The notes beneath the pieces are model-generated. The model was given only the letters and a program-made list of their open reading frames with translations, was not told the DNA's origin and did not search any database. Source: a bacterium (lineage in GTDB: Bacteria; UBA8248). Taken from it: DNA of 64,000 bases. The DNA lies in NCBI GenBank assembly GCA_965203325.1, contig OZ241875.1, positions 1,504,001 through 1,568,000 on the forward strand, written 5' to 3'. How positions within the stretch are numbered: the stretch's first letter is position 1; every line of letters starts with the position of its first letter. Below are positions 17,746-29,865 of this stretch, in pieces. A program made the position numbers and the translations under genes.

Positions 17746-19647
17746 CTAAAGGGTGATCGTGGTCCCCGCCGCCTGCGGGTCGTCGAGCGCGCCTGTGAGC
17801 GCCTCCATCACGCGGGCCGAGGGGGCGCGGCCCTCGAGATTCAGCATGAACCCGTCCATCAACTCCCGCCTCATCCAGCCGGCGAACACCGCCGCCTCGT
17901 CGAAATCCTCCGGACTCGCCTTCGCCTGCTCGAAGTCCTCGCTCAGGAATATCTCGTTTATCTTCTCTTCCAGGGTGCCAACGGGCGGGTCGCCCCGCTC
18001 GAAGGATATCTCATGAACGAGGAGTCCATCCTTGATGAAATAACAGTATCTCTCCTCGCGCGTCTGCCCGGGTTCGACGATGATGAGCCTTCTCCTCTCG
18101 ACGGACGGTCCCGAAAGGGCGTACATCTTCACCAGATGATGAAGACGAGCGATACGGCGCCTCAGTTTGCCGGGCGAAAGGACCTCCTCTCCCCAGGCCC
18201 TATTGAGAAGGGAGAATATGCCCTCATCCTCTTTCGGGAGACGACCCTCCAGGATGTCCATCAAAGTCTCGAACAACTCCGCATATTCCGAATCCGGCAG
18301 TCGGGGCGGTCTTTTGCCGCCCCGGAACCCGCCGCGCTTTTTGGCGTTGCGATTCCCCTCCGGCGCTTCACAGGGGAGCGGGAAGGCCGCGCCAATGGCC
18401 TCCAGCAAATCGGCGAGCTGCGCTTTTTTCCGAAACGGGCCATAGTAGCGCGCGCCGTCGCGAGCGAGACGGGATACGAAGGACACGCCGGGCCGTGCGA
18501 CGCCCGCCGAGAGCCTCAAAAAACCCCCGCCCGCCACGGAGAGGTTCCCGTTGATGAGACTCGCTTTTCGCATCGCCCGAAAGGCCTCGACGTTCATGGC
18601 CAGTTCGCTTCGCAGGCTCTTGGCCTCCACGCGGCGCACGCCCTTGAGCCTGAGGGCGAATCGGCCCGCGGAGCGGTTCTTGGGGTAGAACATATCCCGC
18701 ACCGCCCGCCGTATGTCGTTGGCCTTGCCCGCGAACACCAGCCTTTCGTCCTTGTCGTACAGACGAAAAACGCCGCGTTCCCGAGGGAGAGATTCAATCT
18801 TCGCCGGGTCGAGCCGAATCCCCTCCGCCATCGGTGGAGGAACGCCCTCGTCGGGTTGTTGAAACTCGAGCAGGGATTCGAGGCTCTCCAATCCCAGAAG
18901 CCGGCCCATCTGCATGAAGCGGACCAATATCTGCGCCGTCGCCTCGGCGTCGCTCAAGGCGCGGTGCCTTCCCGCCTCCGTATCGGGAAGTCCCAGCGAC
19001 GCGCTCAATTCTCCCAGATTGAAGCGTTTTTGACGCGGCAGAAGCCGGTTCGCCAATTCAAACGTGCAAAGAACCGGAGGCGAAAAATCGCGCTCCAAGA
19101 ACTCTTGCGCGTAGTACTGAAGAAAATGGAGGTCGAAAGTCGCGCAATGGGCGACGAACACGCAACCGTCGATGAAATCCAGAAATCCGGGCAGCGCTTC
19201 CATCAGTCCCGGTTTGTCCGCCACCATGGCGTCGGTGATGCCCGTCAGGCGAACGACGTTCCAGGGGATCTCACGGGCCGGGTTGACCAGGAAGTCGCAG
19301 GAATCCACCACTTCACCCGCGCGAACCTTGACGGCGGCCAACTCCGTGATGCGGTGCTGGGGGGGGCGTCCGCCCGTGGTCTCGATATCGACGACGGCGA
19401 AGGTGGTATCGGGAAGATGCGGGCGGGAGAGCAATCGGGCGGCCTCTTCCGCGCTCATAGGGTCGCTCTTTCCGTTCCCGGCGCTTTGCTCAAGGAGAGG
19501 TCCCAGGATACCGAAGGCCGCCGAATCATCTATCTCTTTGAGATTCAAGGCGTTGCGTACATATTGATATGCGGCGGATTCTTGAATCGTCACCCGTTTC
19601 TCTTGCGTCGTTTTCTGAGCCATCAACTCGCGCTTTTGTGAAGACAT
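17746..19647 (-). CDS. DEDDh (Pol III epsilon-like) exonuclease fused to a UvrC-like GIY-YIG domain
   Basis: VVDIETTG, LTGITD, VAHCATFD, HRALSDA, then LPRERGVFRLYD...FAGKA...YYGPF. Start uncertain (19623/19647/19665). Confidence 0.82.
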   Translation of the reverse strand: MSSQKRELMAQKTTQEKRVTIQESAAYQYVRNALNLKEIDDSAAFGILGPLLEQSAGNGKSDPMSAEEAARLLSRPHLPDTTFAVVDIETTGGRPPQHRITELAAVKVRAGEVVDSCDFLVNPAREIPWNVVRLTGITDAMVADKPGLMEALPGFLDFIDGCVFVAHCATFDLHFLQYYAQEFLERDFSPPVLCTFELANRLLPRQKRFNLGELSASLGLPDTEAGRHRALSDAEATAQILVRFMQMGRLLGLESLESLLEFQQPDEGVPPPMAEGIRLDPAKIESLPRERGVFRLYDKDERLVFAGKANDIRRAVRDMFYPKNRSAGRFALRLKGVRRVEAKSLRSELAMNVEAFRAMRKASLINGNLSVAGGGFLRLSAGVARPGVSFVSRLARDGARYYGPFRKKAQLADLLEAIGAAFPLPCEAPEGNRNAKKRGGFRGGKRPPRLPDSEYAELFETLMDILEGRLPKEDEGIFSLLNRAWGEEVLSPGKLRRRIARLHHLVKMYALSGPSVERRRLIIVEPGQTREERYCYFIKDGLLVHEISFERGDPPVGTLEEKINEIFLSEDFEQAKASPEDFDEAAVFAGWMRRELMDGFMLNLEGRAPSARVMEALTGALDDPQAAGTTITL

Positions 19648-19786
19648 GGGTCGTGAGTCGAACAATATGACCCAAATGTAGCAGAAAGCGAATGAGGATC
19701 ATAGTCCGTTACCCGCCAGCTCGTTCACCATCCGCGTCTGTTTTGGTATAACCCAAAGGCATGGTCTTTTCCTGAGGAGAGCAGCC

Positions 19787-20221
19787 TTGTTCGGAAGCAT
19801 CGGAATGACGGAGTTGATCGTGATCATGGTGGTCGCCCTGATCGTCATCGGACCCAAGCGTCTGCCGGAACTGGCCCGCACGCTCGGCAAGGCCCTGGGG
19901 GATTTCAAGCGCGCGACGTCGGATTTTCAGAACAGCTTCAGCATGGAAGACGACTACGATCTCGACGTCCTCGATGAGGAAGCAAAGGAAAAGGATAAAA
20001 AAGCGAGCGGCGAGGAATCAGACGAAGACGCCGACGGCGAAGACCACGACGAGGAAAAGAGCGGCGCGGCGGAGCAGACCGCCGAAACGGACCAGATCGA
20101 GACGGACGAACCCACGCCGGAGGAGGGCGAGGCCGCGCCTGAGGTGGAGGCCGCCGCCACGGAGAGCGAAGCGGCCGAGGACAAGACCGGGGCCGAGCGA
20201 GAGGACGACAAGCAGACGTGA
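19787..20221 (+). CDS. tatB: Twin-arginine translocase subunit TatB (TatA/B family)
   Basis: MFGSIGMTELIVIMVVALIVIGPKRLPELARTLGK, acidic tail, AGGAG RBS, upstream of tatC. Confidence 0.85.
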   Translation: MFGSIGMTELIVIMVVALIVIGPKRLPELARTLGKALGDFKRATSDFQNSFSMEDDYDLDVLDEEAKEKDKKASGEESDEDADGEDHDEEKSGAAEQTAETDQIETDEPTPEEGEAAPEVEAAATESEAAEDKTGAEREDDKQT

Positions 20222-20985
20222 GCGGCGAATCATCCATGCCCCTCACCGGGCACCTGACAGAGTTGCGCAACAGAATACTCTACATCCTGGGCACGATTCT
20301 CGTCGTGTTCGTGGGCGCCTATTATTTTTCGGGTGAACTGCTGACCTTCATGCAGCGCCCCATCGCCGATCAGAAACTCGTTTTCCTCTCACCGACGGAA
20401 GCGTTCTTCGCGCACATCAAGGTCTCGTTTTTCTGTTCGGTCTTCATCAGCCTGCCCATCATCCTGTTTCAGATTTGGCGCTTCTGCGCCCCCGGGCTCC
20501 TGGACCGGGAGAAACGCTACATCGTACCCTTCGTGTTCTTCTCGACGCTGAGCTTCATCGTGGGCGCCCTTTTCTGCTACTTCCTGATTCTGCCTTACGG
20601 CCTTGCCTTTCTGCTGAGCTTCGCCACCGAATCCCTGACGCCACAGATTTCGATTGGCTTTTACATCTCCTTCGCCTTCAAGCTTATCTTTACGTTCGGC
20701 CTGGTGTTCGAGGTGCCGATCGTCACCATTCTGCTCGTGCAAATCGGCGTCATCACGCCCGATTTCCTCTCGAAAAACCGCGGGTACGTCATCGTCGGCG
20801 CATTCGTCATGTCCGCTTTGCTCACGCCGCCCGACGTGGTGACGCAGGTGTTCCTCGCAGGCCCCGTCATCGTGCTGTTCGAGATCAGCATCATCGTCTC
20901 GAAAATCATCATGAGGCGAAAGAAAAAACGCCAGGAGGATTGGGAGAAGGAATGGGAAGACGACGAGGACGATGATTCGGATTAG
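20218..20985 (+). CDS. tatC: Twin-arginine translocase subunit TatC
   Basis: HLTELRNR, SPTEAF, QIWRFCAPGL, FEVP, LTPPDVVTQ. Confidence 0.95.
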   Translation: MSGESSMPLTGHLTELRNRILYILGTILVVFVGAYYFSGELLTFMQRPIADQKLVFLSPTEAFFAHIKVSFFCSVFISLPIILFQIWRFCAPGLLDREKRYIVPFVFFSTLSFIVGALFCYFLILPYGLAFLLSFATESLTPQISIGFYISFAFKLIFTFGLVFEVPIVTILLVQIGVITPDFLSKNRGYVIVGAFVMSALLTPPDVVTQVFLAGPVIVLFEISIIVSKIIMRRKKKRQEDWEKEWEDDEDDDSD

Positions 20986-21010
20986 GGGTTTGGCGAACAC
21001 CCCGCCCCTG

Positions 21011-21464
21011 GAGGCCGTTGAAAAAGCCTCTCGATGCGGGAAAACCACCGTCATTCCGACGAAAGCCGGAATCCATTTTATGATTTTTGCTTTCGTTTTC
21101 GCATTTGACTCCGACTCGCGGGAGGGAGCGTCGCGCCCGAATCCGGAACGAATGAGGCGGATATATATGGCGGCGTCCGTATCTTCCCCGGTCGGGAGAG
21201 AGGACATCCGGGCGAAAGACCAAAAGCAAAGGCAAAATCAAAATGGATTCCGGCTTTCGCCGGAATGACGATCAAAACAAAAAGGCGGGCGGACGCCGCG
21301 GTTGCGAAATGACGGCGTCGTGCGGCTTACGTATTGCCCGTAGGGACAGGCCTCCGTGCCTGTCCGATATCCGACAAAGGACAACCACGGAGGGCAGGAC
21401 AACCCCGATAAGGGGTTGTCCCTACGGATCGAACCCGCTACTGAGGGACTTTTTAACACCCCTC
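21011..21464. repeat. Nested palindromic composite repeat (MITE/REP-like)
   Basis: Outer ends GAGGCCGTTGAAAAAGCC and GGACTTTTTAACACCCCTC; inner 30-bp inverted pair 21049-21078/21241-21270 (29/30 identical); GTAG-REP pair 21340-21365/21397-21425. Confidence 0.75.
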
Positions 21465-21607
21465 CTGGTGACGAATCCCTCCCGCAGACGCGAATAAGGA
21501 GGCACTCTTGAATTCCCCGGACCCCCGCGCCGAGTTGTTCCCCGCCAACAGAATCATCCGCGCGCAGCCCGTTGCCCGCGCACAAGCCGGGTGATCACCG
21601 ATTCGCC

Positions 21608-21889
21608 ATGAAAGAAGAGACGCGGCGGATTCGCCTCATCATCCGGGGCCGGGTGCAGGGCGTATGGTACCGGGGCAGCGCGCAGGAGGTCGCCCGCGAA
21701 CTCGGCCTCACCGGATGGGTGAGAAACTTGGGCGACGGGAGCGTGGAACTGGTCGCAGAAGGCGAGAGTTCCGCGCTCGAAACCCTCAAGGCCTGGTGTA
21801 AGGAGGGACCGCCGGCGGCGAGAGTCCATGAAATTTCCGAAGAAGAGATGACGCCTTGCGGGGAGCCGGCCACGTTCGAGGTGCGCTGA
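21608..21889 (+). CDS. acyP: Acylphosphatase
   Basis: GRVQGVWYR, LTGWVRNLGDGSVELVAEG, GPPAARV. Confidence 0.92.
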   Translation: MKEETRRIRLIIRGRVQGVWYRGSAQEVARELGLTGWVRNLGDGSVELVAEGESSALETLKAWCKEGPPAARVHEISEEEMTPCGEPATFEVR

Positions 21890-21891
21890 AA

Positions 21892-22791
21892 CTAGATGCC
21901 CGCAAACCCCGTCCAGAAGATGAGGTAGGAGGAAATGGCGTTCAGGTAGTTCGAGATCAGCAAAACGCCCACCAGCAACAACATGGCGCTGCTCGCGATT
22001 TCGACGCCACGGAAATAGAGCCGAAACGACTGATAGAACCGGAAGAAAAAACCCACGCACAGTCCGCTCAAGAGAAACGGAATGCCCAGACCTGCGGAAT
22101 AGCTCGCCAGCAGAACGACCCCCTGGCCTGCGGTTTGCTGCGTGCCTGCGAACAGGAGGATGCTCCCCAGAATCGGGCCGACGCAGGGCGTCCAGCCGGC
22201 GGCGAAGGTGACGCCGACCAGCATGCTGCCGAGCCAGCCGGCGGGTTTGCTCTTCAGCATGATGCGGTTCTCGGAGGAGAGGACGGGCGCGAAAACCGCC
22301 ACGAACACATACAGGGCGACCGCCGCGAGCACTCCTCCCAATGTGGGATAGCCCATTTGCAGACCCGCCAGGCCCGCCAGGAAAACCAGGGCGGCGAAAG
22401 CGCCGCTCACGCCGATCGGTTTATCGATAAAGAATCTTTGGCCCCTGAAATCAAAGGCCCTGTCGCCGACGTAGAGGCCGAACATGGTGATCAGGACGCC
22501 GCCCAGCAGCCTGATGTGATCCTGGTATTGAAACAGGATATTCCCCACAAAGGACACGCTGGCGCCCAGGATGACGAAGACGAGAGAAAACCCCGCCACG
22601 AAGAACAGGGAATTCACCAGGATGACGCCTCGAACGCGGGCGGCTTCTCCGCTCTCTCTTATTTCCTCGTAGGACAAGCCCGTCAGATAGGAAAGATAAC
22701 TGGGAACCAGCGGGAGGATGCACGGGGAGGCGAAACTCAGCACCCCCGCCGCGAAAGCCAGACTCAAGGACACTTCTTCCGGGGCCATCAT
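21892..22791 (-). CDS. ccdA: Cytochrome c biogenesis protein CcdA
   Basis: AGVLSFASPCILPLVPSYL, FAAGWTPCVGPILGSIL, YSAGLGIPF. Confidence 0.9.
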   Translation of the reverse strand: MMAPEEVSLSLAFAAGVLSFASPCILPLVPSYLSYLTGLSYEEIRESGEAARVRGVILVNSLFFVAGFSLVFVILGASVSFVGNILFQYQDHIRLLGGVLITMFGLYVGDRAFDFRGQRFFIDKPIGVSGAFAALVFLAGLAGLQMGYPTLGGVLAAVALYVFVAVFAPVLSSENRIMLKSKPAGWLGSMLVGVTFAAGWTPCVGPILGSILLFAGTQQTAGQGVVLLASYSAGLGIPFLLSGLCVGFFFRFYQSFRLYFRGVEIASSAMLLLVGVLLISNYLNAISSYLIFWTGFAGI

Positions 22792-22918
22792 TTTCCTCTA
22801 TCAAGATCGACGGCGGCCATGCGGGTGATTCGGTCGGATATATCGAATCCAGACAAACTATCCTATCACAGTGACAATCAGAGGCGGGCTAAAATTCCCG
22901 GGATGGAGAAATTCCGAA

Positions 22919-25523
<2,605 letters not shown>

Positions 25524-25527
<4 letters not shown>

Positions 25528-27128
25528 GAAAAGCCCAACCTGACGAGGCAGGCGTCATAGACGTGGGGAATGGCGCGAACGTCTTCCATGACGGGCTCGG
25601 GCACCGGATCGTCGAGTATCAGGACGGCGACGGCCATATCGTGCTGCCATACTCGCCCCAACTGCATGCCGGCGATGTTGATGTTGTGATTCCCCAGCAG
25701 GGTGCCGATCTTGCCGATCATGCCGGGCCGGTCTTCGTTGCGGAATATGAGGAGATAGCCCCTGAGCGCCACGTCGACCGAATAGTCGTCTATGCGAACG
25801 ATTCTGGGGTCGTTCTTCCGCAGAAAAGTTCCCGCCACGGAGCGCTCGCCCGAGTCGGTCTTCACGCGAAGCTCGATCAGGTCCGTATATAGCAGATTCT
25901 CCGTTTGAGTCGTCGTCCTCACCTCGATGCCGCGCTCTTTCGCGAGCAGGAGCCCGTTCACCATGTTCACGCGGACGCTCGAGAGGAAACGCCCCAGCAT
26001 CCCCTTGATGGCCGAGGCGGCCAGCGCTCTCATGGGCATGTCGATCGATCCGCCGTAGACGACCTCGAGGGTCTGCAATCCCCCGCCCGCGAGTTGGGCC
26101 AGAAAATCGCCCAGGCGATCGGCCAGATCCAGATGGGGGCCGATTTGCTCCAGCATCTCGGGGCTCAGGGAAGGCAGGTTCACGGCGTGTCCCACCACCC
26201 CTTCGGTCAGATACGCCACGACCTGTTTCGCCACGCTCATGGCTACGTTTTCCTGGGCTTCCGCGGTAGATGCCCCCAGATGCGGCGTGCAGACGACGTC
26301 GTCGCGCCCGATGAGCGGATCGTCCGGGTCGGGGGGTTCCTGTTGGTATACGTCCACCGCCGCGCCTCCGACCTTCCCGCTGTCGAGCGCCTCGGCCAGC
26401 GCCACCTCGTTTATCAGCCCCCCGCGCGCGCAGTTGATGATGCGAACGCCGTCGCGCATCTGGGCGATTTCCGCAGCGCCGATCAGGTTCCCCGTCTCCG
26501 TGTTCTTCGGCACGTGCAGGGTGATGTAGTCGGATTTGGCCAGAAGCTCCTCGAAATCCACCGGGTTCACCCCGCGCTGGGAGAGCACTTCGGCGGAGAT
26601 GTATGGATCGAAGGCGAGGACGTTCATGCCCAGGTTGCGGGCGAACGTCGCCGTCTGCGAACCCACGCGCCCCATGCCCACGACGCCCAGTGTTTTAGAA
26701 GATAGCTCGCTGCCCACGAAGCGGTTTCGCTCCCATTTCCCTCCCTTGAGGGAGGAGACGGCCGAGGGAATCTTGCGCGCCAGCGAGAACATCATGGCGA
26801 TGGTGTGCTCCGCCGTGGTGATGACGTTGCCGTCGGGCGCGTTCACCACCAGAATGCCGCGCATGCTGGCGGCTTCGAGGTCCACGTTGTCCACGCCAAT
26901 CCCTGCGCGCGCGACCATCTTGAGCGTATCCCCGGCACCCATCAGTTCATCATCCACCTGCGTGCCGCTCCGGACGATGAGCGCGTCGGTTGTCTTCACG
27001 GCCTCGAGAATTTCTTCCCGCGAGGAGGCGGTGCGGTCGAGGACTTCAAAGCCCTGCTGGTCCTCGAGTATCTCGTGCGCCCTCGGCGAGATCGGCTCGG
27101 CAATCAGAACTCGAAACGTCTGGTTCAT
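25524..27128 (-). CDS. serA: D-3-phosphoglycerate dehydrogenase (with ASB/ACT domains)
   Basis: RAGIGVDNVD, GMGRVG, INCARGG, TPHLGASTAEAQ, DRPGMIGKIG. Confidence 0.95.
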
Positions 27129-28264
27129 TCGTTGAACACCTCTTGCGCTGCGGCGAGGCCGCGCCCTCTATCCAGTGAAAAGCCCAGATCGGCCAGGGTC
27201 GATTCCAGCGCGCCGACCGCCGCCAGCACGTCGGAGGAATCGACATACCCCAGATGCCCGATCCGGAAAATCTTGCCGCTCAGGCCGCCCTGCCCCCCGG
27301 CGATGGTCACCCCGTGCGCATCCTGCATCCTGCCGGGGACGGCTTTTCCGTCGACTCCCTCGGGTACGCAGACGGCGGTGACGGCCTCACTCCTCAAGTC
27401 GCGGGGGAATATGGCGAGGCCCATCGCTTCAACAGCCGCTCCCGTCGCCCGCGCCAGAAGCGCATGGCGCGCGAAGACGTTCTCCAGCCCCTCCTCGCGC
27501 ATCATGTCGAGCGCGACCGACAGGCCCGCCAGAAGGGAGATCGCAGGCGTCCAAGCGGTGGTGTTCTTCATCTGGCTCTTGCGCTCGATCTCGAGGTCGA
27601 AATAATACCGGGGCGAAGTCGATTCCGCGGCGGCGCGCCGGGCCCGCTCGCTCAGCCAGACGAAGGCCAGCCCCGGCGGGAGCATGAGCGCCTTCTGGCT
27701 CCCCGTGATCACGGCGTCCAGGTCCCATTCATCGGTCTTGAGGTCGTACACGCCCAAGGCGGTGATGGCGTCCACCACCACGAGCGTATCGGGCGACCGC
27801 TCTCGCACAAGCTTCGCAACGGCCTGCACGTCGTGCTTGGACCCAGTGGAGGTTTCGCTCGCCTGCATCAGCAGCGCCTTGTGCCCTCCGCGCTCCAGGC
27901 GCGCCTCCAGGGCACCTAGGTCGACCGAACGGCCCCATTCCACCTCCAGGACGTCCGCCTTTACGCGAAAGGCCTCGCAAAGCTCCGTCCATCGCTCCCC
28001 GAATTTGCCGCCCTCGATGACGAGCGCCGAATCGCCCGGAGAGAGCAGGTTCGCCACCGCCGCCTCCATGCCGCCCGTACCCGAAGCGGCGAGGGTGATG
28101 ACGTCGCCGCTCGTCTGGAAGAGCCATTCGAGGCCGCGCCGCGCTCCTTCGAAGTGCGCCTCGAACTCTCTGGTGCGATGGTGGATCAGGGGCCGCGCCA
28201 TGGCTTCGAGCACCCGGTGGGGGACCGGCGTGGGGCCGGGGGCCATGAGGTGGTGCTTGTTCAT
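27125..28264 (-). CDS. Class V PLP aminotransferase (alanine/serine-glyoxylate family; probable phosphoserine aminotransferase role)
   Basis: MAPGPTPVP, SGTGGMEA, ETSTG, VVDAI, GSQKALMLPPG, FRIGHLG; stop overlaps the serA start. Confidence 0.85.
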   Translation of the reverse strand: MNKHHLMAPGPTPVPHRVLEAMARPLIHHRTREFEAHFEGARRGLEWLFQTSGDVITLAASGTGGMEAAVANLLSPGDSALVIEGGKFGERWTELCEAFRVKADVLEVEWGRSVDLGALEARLERGGHKALLMQASETSTGSKHDVQAVAKLVRERSPDTLVVVDAITALGVYDLKTDEWDLDAVITGSQKALMLPPGLAFVWLSERARRAAAESTSPRYYFDLEIERKSQMKNTTAWTPAISLLAGLSVALDMMREEGLENVFARHALLARATGAAVEAMGLAIFPRDLRSEAVTAVCVPEGVDGKAVPGRMQDAHGVTIAGGQGGLSGKIFRIGHLGYVDSSDVLAAVGALESTLADLGFSLDRGRGLAAAQEVFNE

Positions 28265-28386
28265 TTCTGCTCTTTCCCTGATGTCTGTCGTAGCGGGCGA
28301 ACACGTGACCATACGCCTCAAAGGATATACCACTCCCCGCCAAACCCCTCAAGCGATGTTCATGCCGCCCGTTTTCGTGGGGGTTT

Positions 28387-28414
28387 GTAGGGGCCGCATA
28401 TATGCGGCCCTTGC
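28387..28414. repeat. GTAG-type REP palindrome (partner of the IS-interrupted REP)
   Basis: GTAG-GGGCCGCATATATGCGGCCC. Confidence 0.8.
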
Positions 28415-28584
28415 GGGTCGGATCGTCAAGCCGTCGTAAAACCCATCCAGGAATTGCGCCGTTAGACGGGACGGAACTATCAATGGCGAAAACCACTCTG
28501 CGCGGGACGATGGGATGGACGCCTCCTTCCGGCAGTTTAGAATGTGGCGAGGTAACGTCACACACCGCCCGGAAGGAGACGACC

Positions 28585-29610
28585 ATGGAAGGAGTCTACA
28601 TCATCGGCATCGATCTGGCGAAGAACAGTTTTCAACTCCACGGGGCGCGGGCGGACGGTTCGGTCGCGTACCGCAGGAAGCTGACGCGCGCGAAGGTGCT
28701 GGGCTTTCTGGCCTCGCAGCCGCGTTGCGTGGTGGCGATGGAGGCGTGCGCGGGGGCGCACCATTGGGGCCGGGCGCTCGGTCGTCTCGGCCACGAGGTG
28801 AAGCTGCTGCCGCCGGCCTACGTGAAGCCCTACGTGAAGCGCCACAAGAACGACGCGGCGGACGCGGAGGCGATTAGCGAGGCGGCCACTCGCCCGACGA
28901 TACGTCCGGTGGCGGTAAAGAGCGAGGAACAGCAGACGCACGGGATGCTGTACCGGGCGCGCGATTTGCTGGTGGGTCACCGGACCCGGACGATCAACGC
29001 CTTGCGGAGTCATCTGGCGGAGTTCGGGGTCGTCGCGCGTCAGGGGCCCGTTGGCCTCACGAGATTGGTGGTTGCGGTTCGGGGAGCGGAATCGGGTCTG
29101 CCCGAGGCGGTCCGGGAGCTGGGCGAGGTTCTGCTGGAGGAGATCGCCGGCCTGAAGGCGAAGATAGAGGAGTTGGAGAGGCGGCTGTGCGCGAGCGTCC
29201 GCGATGACGAGGAGGCGCAGCGGCTGATGAGCATTCCGGGGGTCGGGCCGATAACGGCGTCGGCGATCCGGGCGTTCGCGCCGCCGATGGAGAACTTCCG
29301 TCGGGGCCGGGACTTCTCGGCCTGGCTGGGTCTGGTCCCCCGGCAGCACACCACGGGGGGCAAGCCCCGCCTGGGGCGGATATCGAAGATGGGCCAGCGC
29401 GACGTGAGGCGGCTGTTGATCATGTGCGCGATGTCGGTGATTCGCCAGGCCGTTCGGCGCGGCGCGCCGCGGGGTTCGTGGCTGGCCCGGATGCTGGCGC
29501 GCAAGCCTCGTATGCTCGTCGCGGTGGCGCTGGCCAACAAGATGGCGCGCATCGCGTGGGCGCTGCTGCGGAACAAGGAGTTCTACAGGGAACCGGCGCC
29601 CCTCGCCTGA
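28585..29610 (+). CDS. IS110 family transposase/recombinase (DEDD RuvC + Tnp20 domain)
   Basis: GIDLAK, AMEAC, KNDAADAEAI, SIPGVGPITA, WLGLVPRQHTTGGK, VALANKMARIAW; AGGAG RBS. Confidence 0.95.
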   Translation: MEGVYIIGIDLAKNSFQLHGARADGSVAYRRKLTRAKVLGFLASQPRCVVAMEACAGAHHWGRALGRLGHEVKLLPPAYVKPYVKRHKNDAADAEAISEAATRPTIRPVAVKSEEQQTHGMLYRARDLLVGHRTRTINALRSHLAEFGVVARQGPVGLTRLVVAVRGAESGLPEAVRELGEVLLEEIAGLKAKIEELERRLCASVRDDEEAQRLMSIPGVGPITASAIRAFAPPMENFRRGRDFSAWLGLVPRQHTTGGKPRLGRISKMGQRDVRRLLIMCAMSVIRQAVRRGAPRGSWLARMLARKPRMLVAVALANKMARIAWALLRNKEFYREPAPLA

Positions 29611-29865
29611 GCGGCGCGCGGATAGAGTCGGGAGGAATGTGAGCCGGTCGGAGGAAGGGTAAGGGCAAACGGTCATCGAGACGGGATCGGGGCAACCAGG
29701 TACATGCGACGAGCGAACCACCGAGCTCGCCGGGACGATTCGGACCCGATCCGCGCATCTCCATACGGGCCCGCGGCCAGCATGAAGCGCCGCAACGAAG
29801 AGGCCGAATGTACGACTGAGCCGAACCGCTTTGCGCCGAACCCTCCAAAAAACCGCTTGCATTCC
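29611..29865 (+). ncRNA. Putative bridge/seekRNA of the IS1111-type element
   Basis: Stem GGATCGGG/CCCGATCC encloses target-matching TACATGCG (29701) and CGGGACG (29731); donor-matching ATGTACGA at 29808. Exact RNA ends are unknown. Confidence 0.75.

Noticed and set aside
17677..19641. 654-aa plus-strand ORF, and similar long ORFs such as 22871-24571, 15017-16507, 10664-12139 and 28558-29862
   Set aside because: These are antisense shadows of well-supported genes, expected in high-GC DNA, and show no recognisable motifs.
28402..28584. Longer 402-aa transposase start
   Set aside because: It would begin outside the IS, inside the upstream REP. The ATG at 28585 has a proper RBS.
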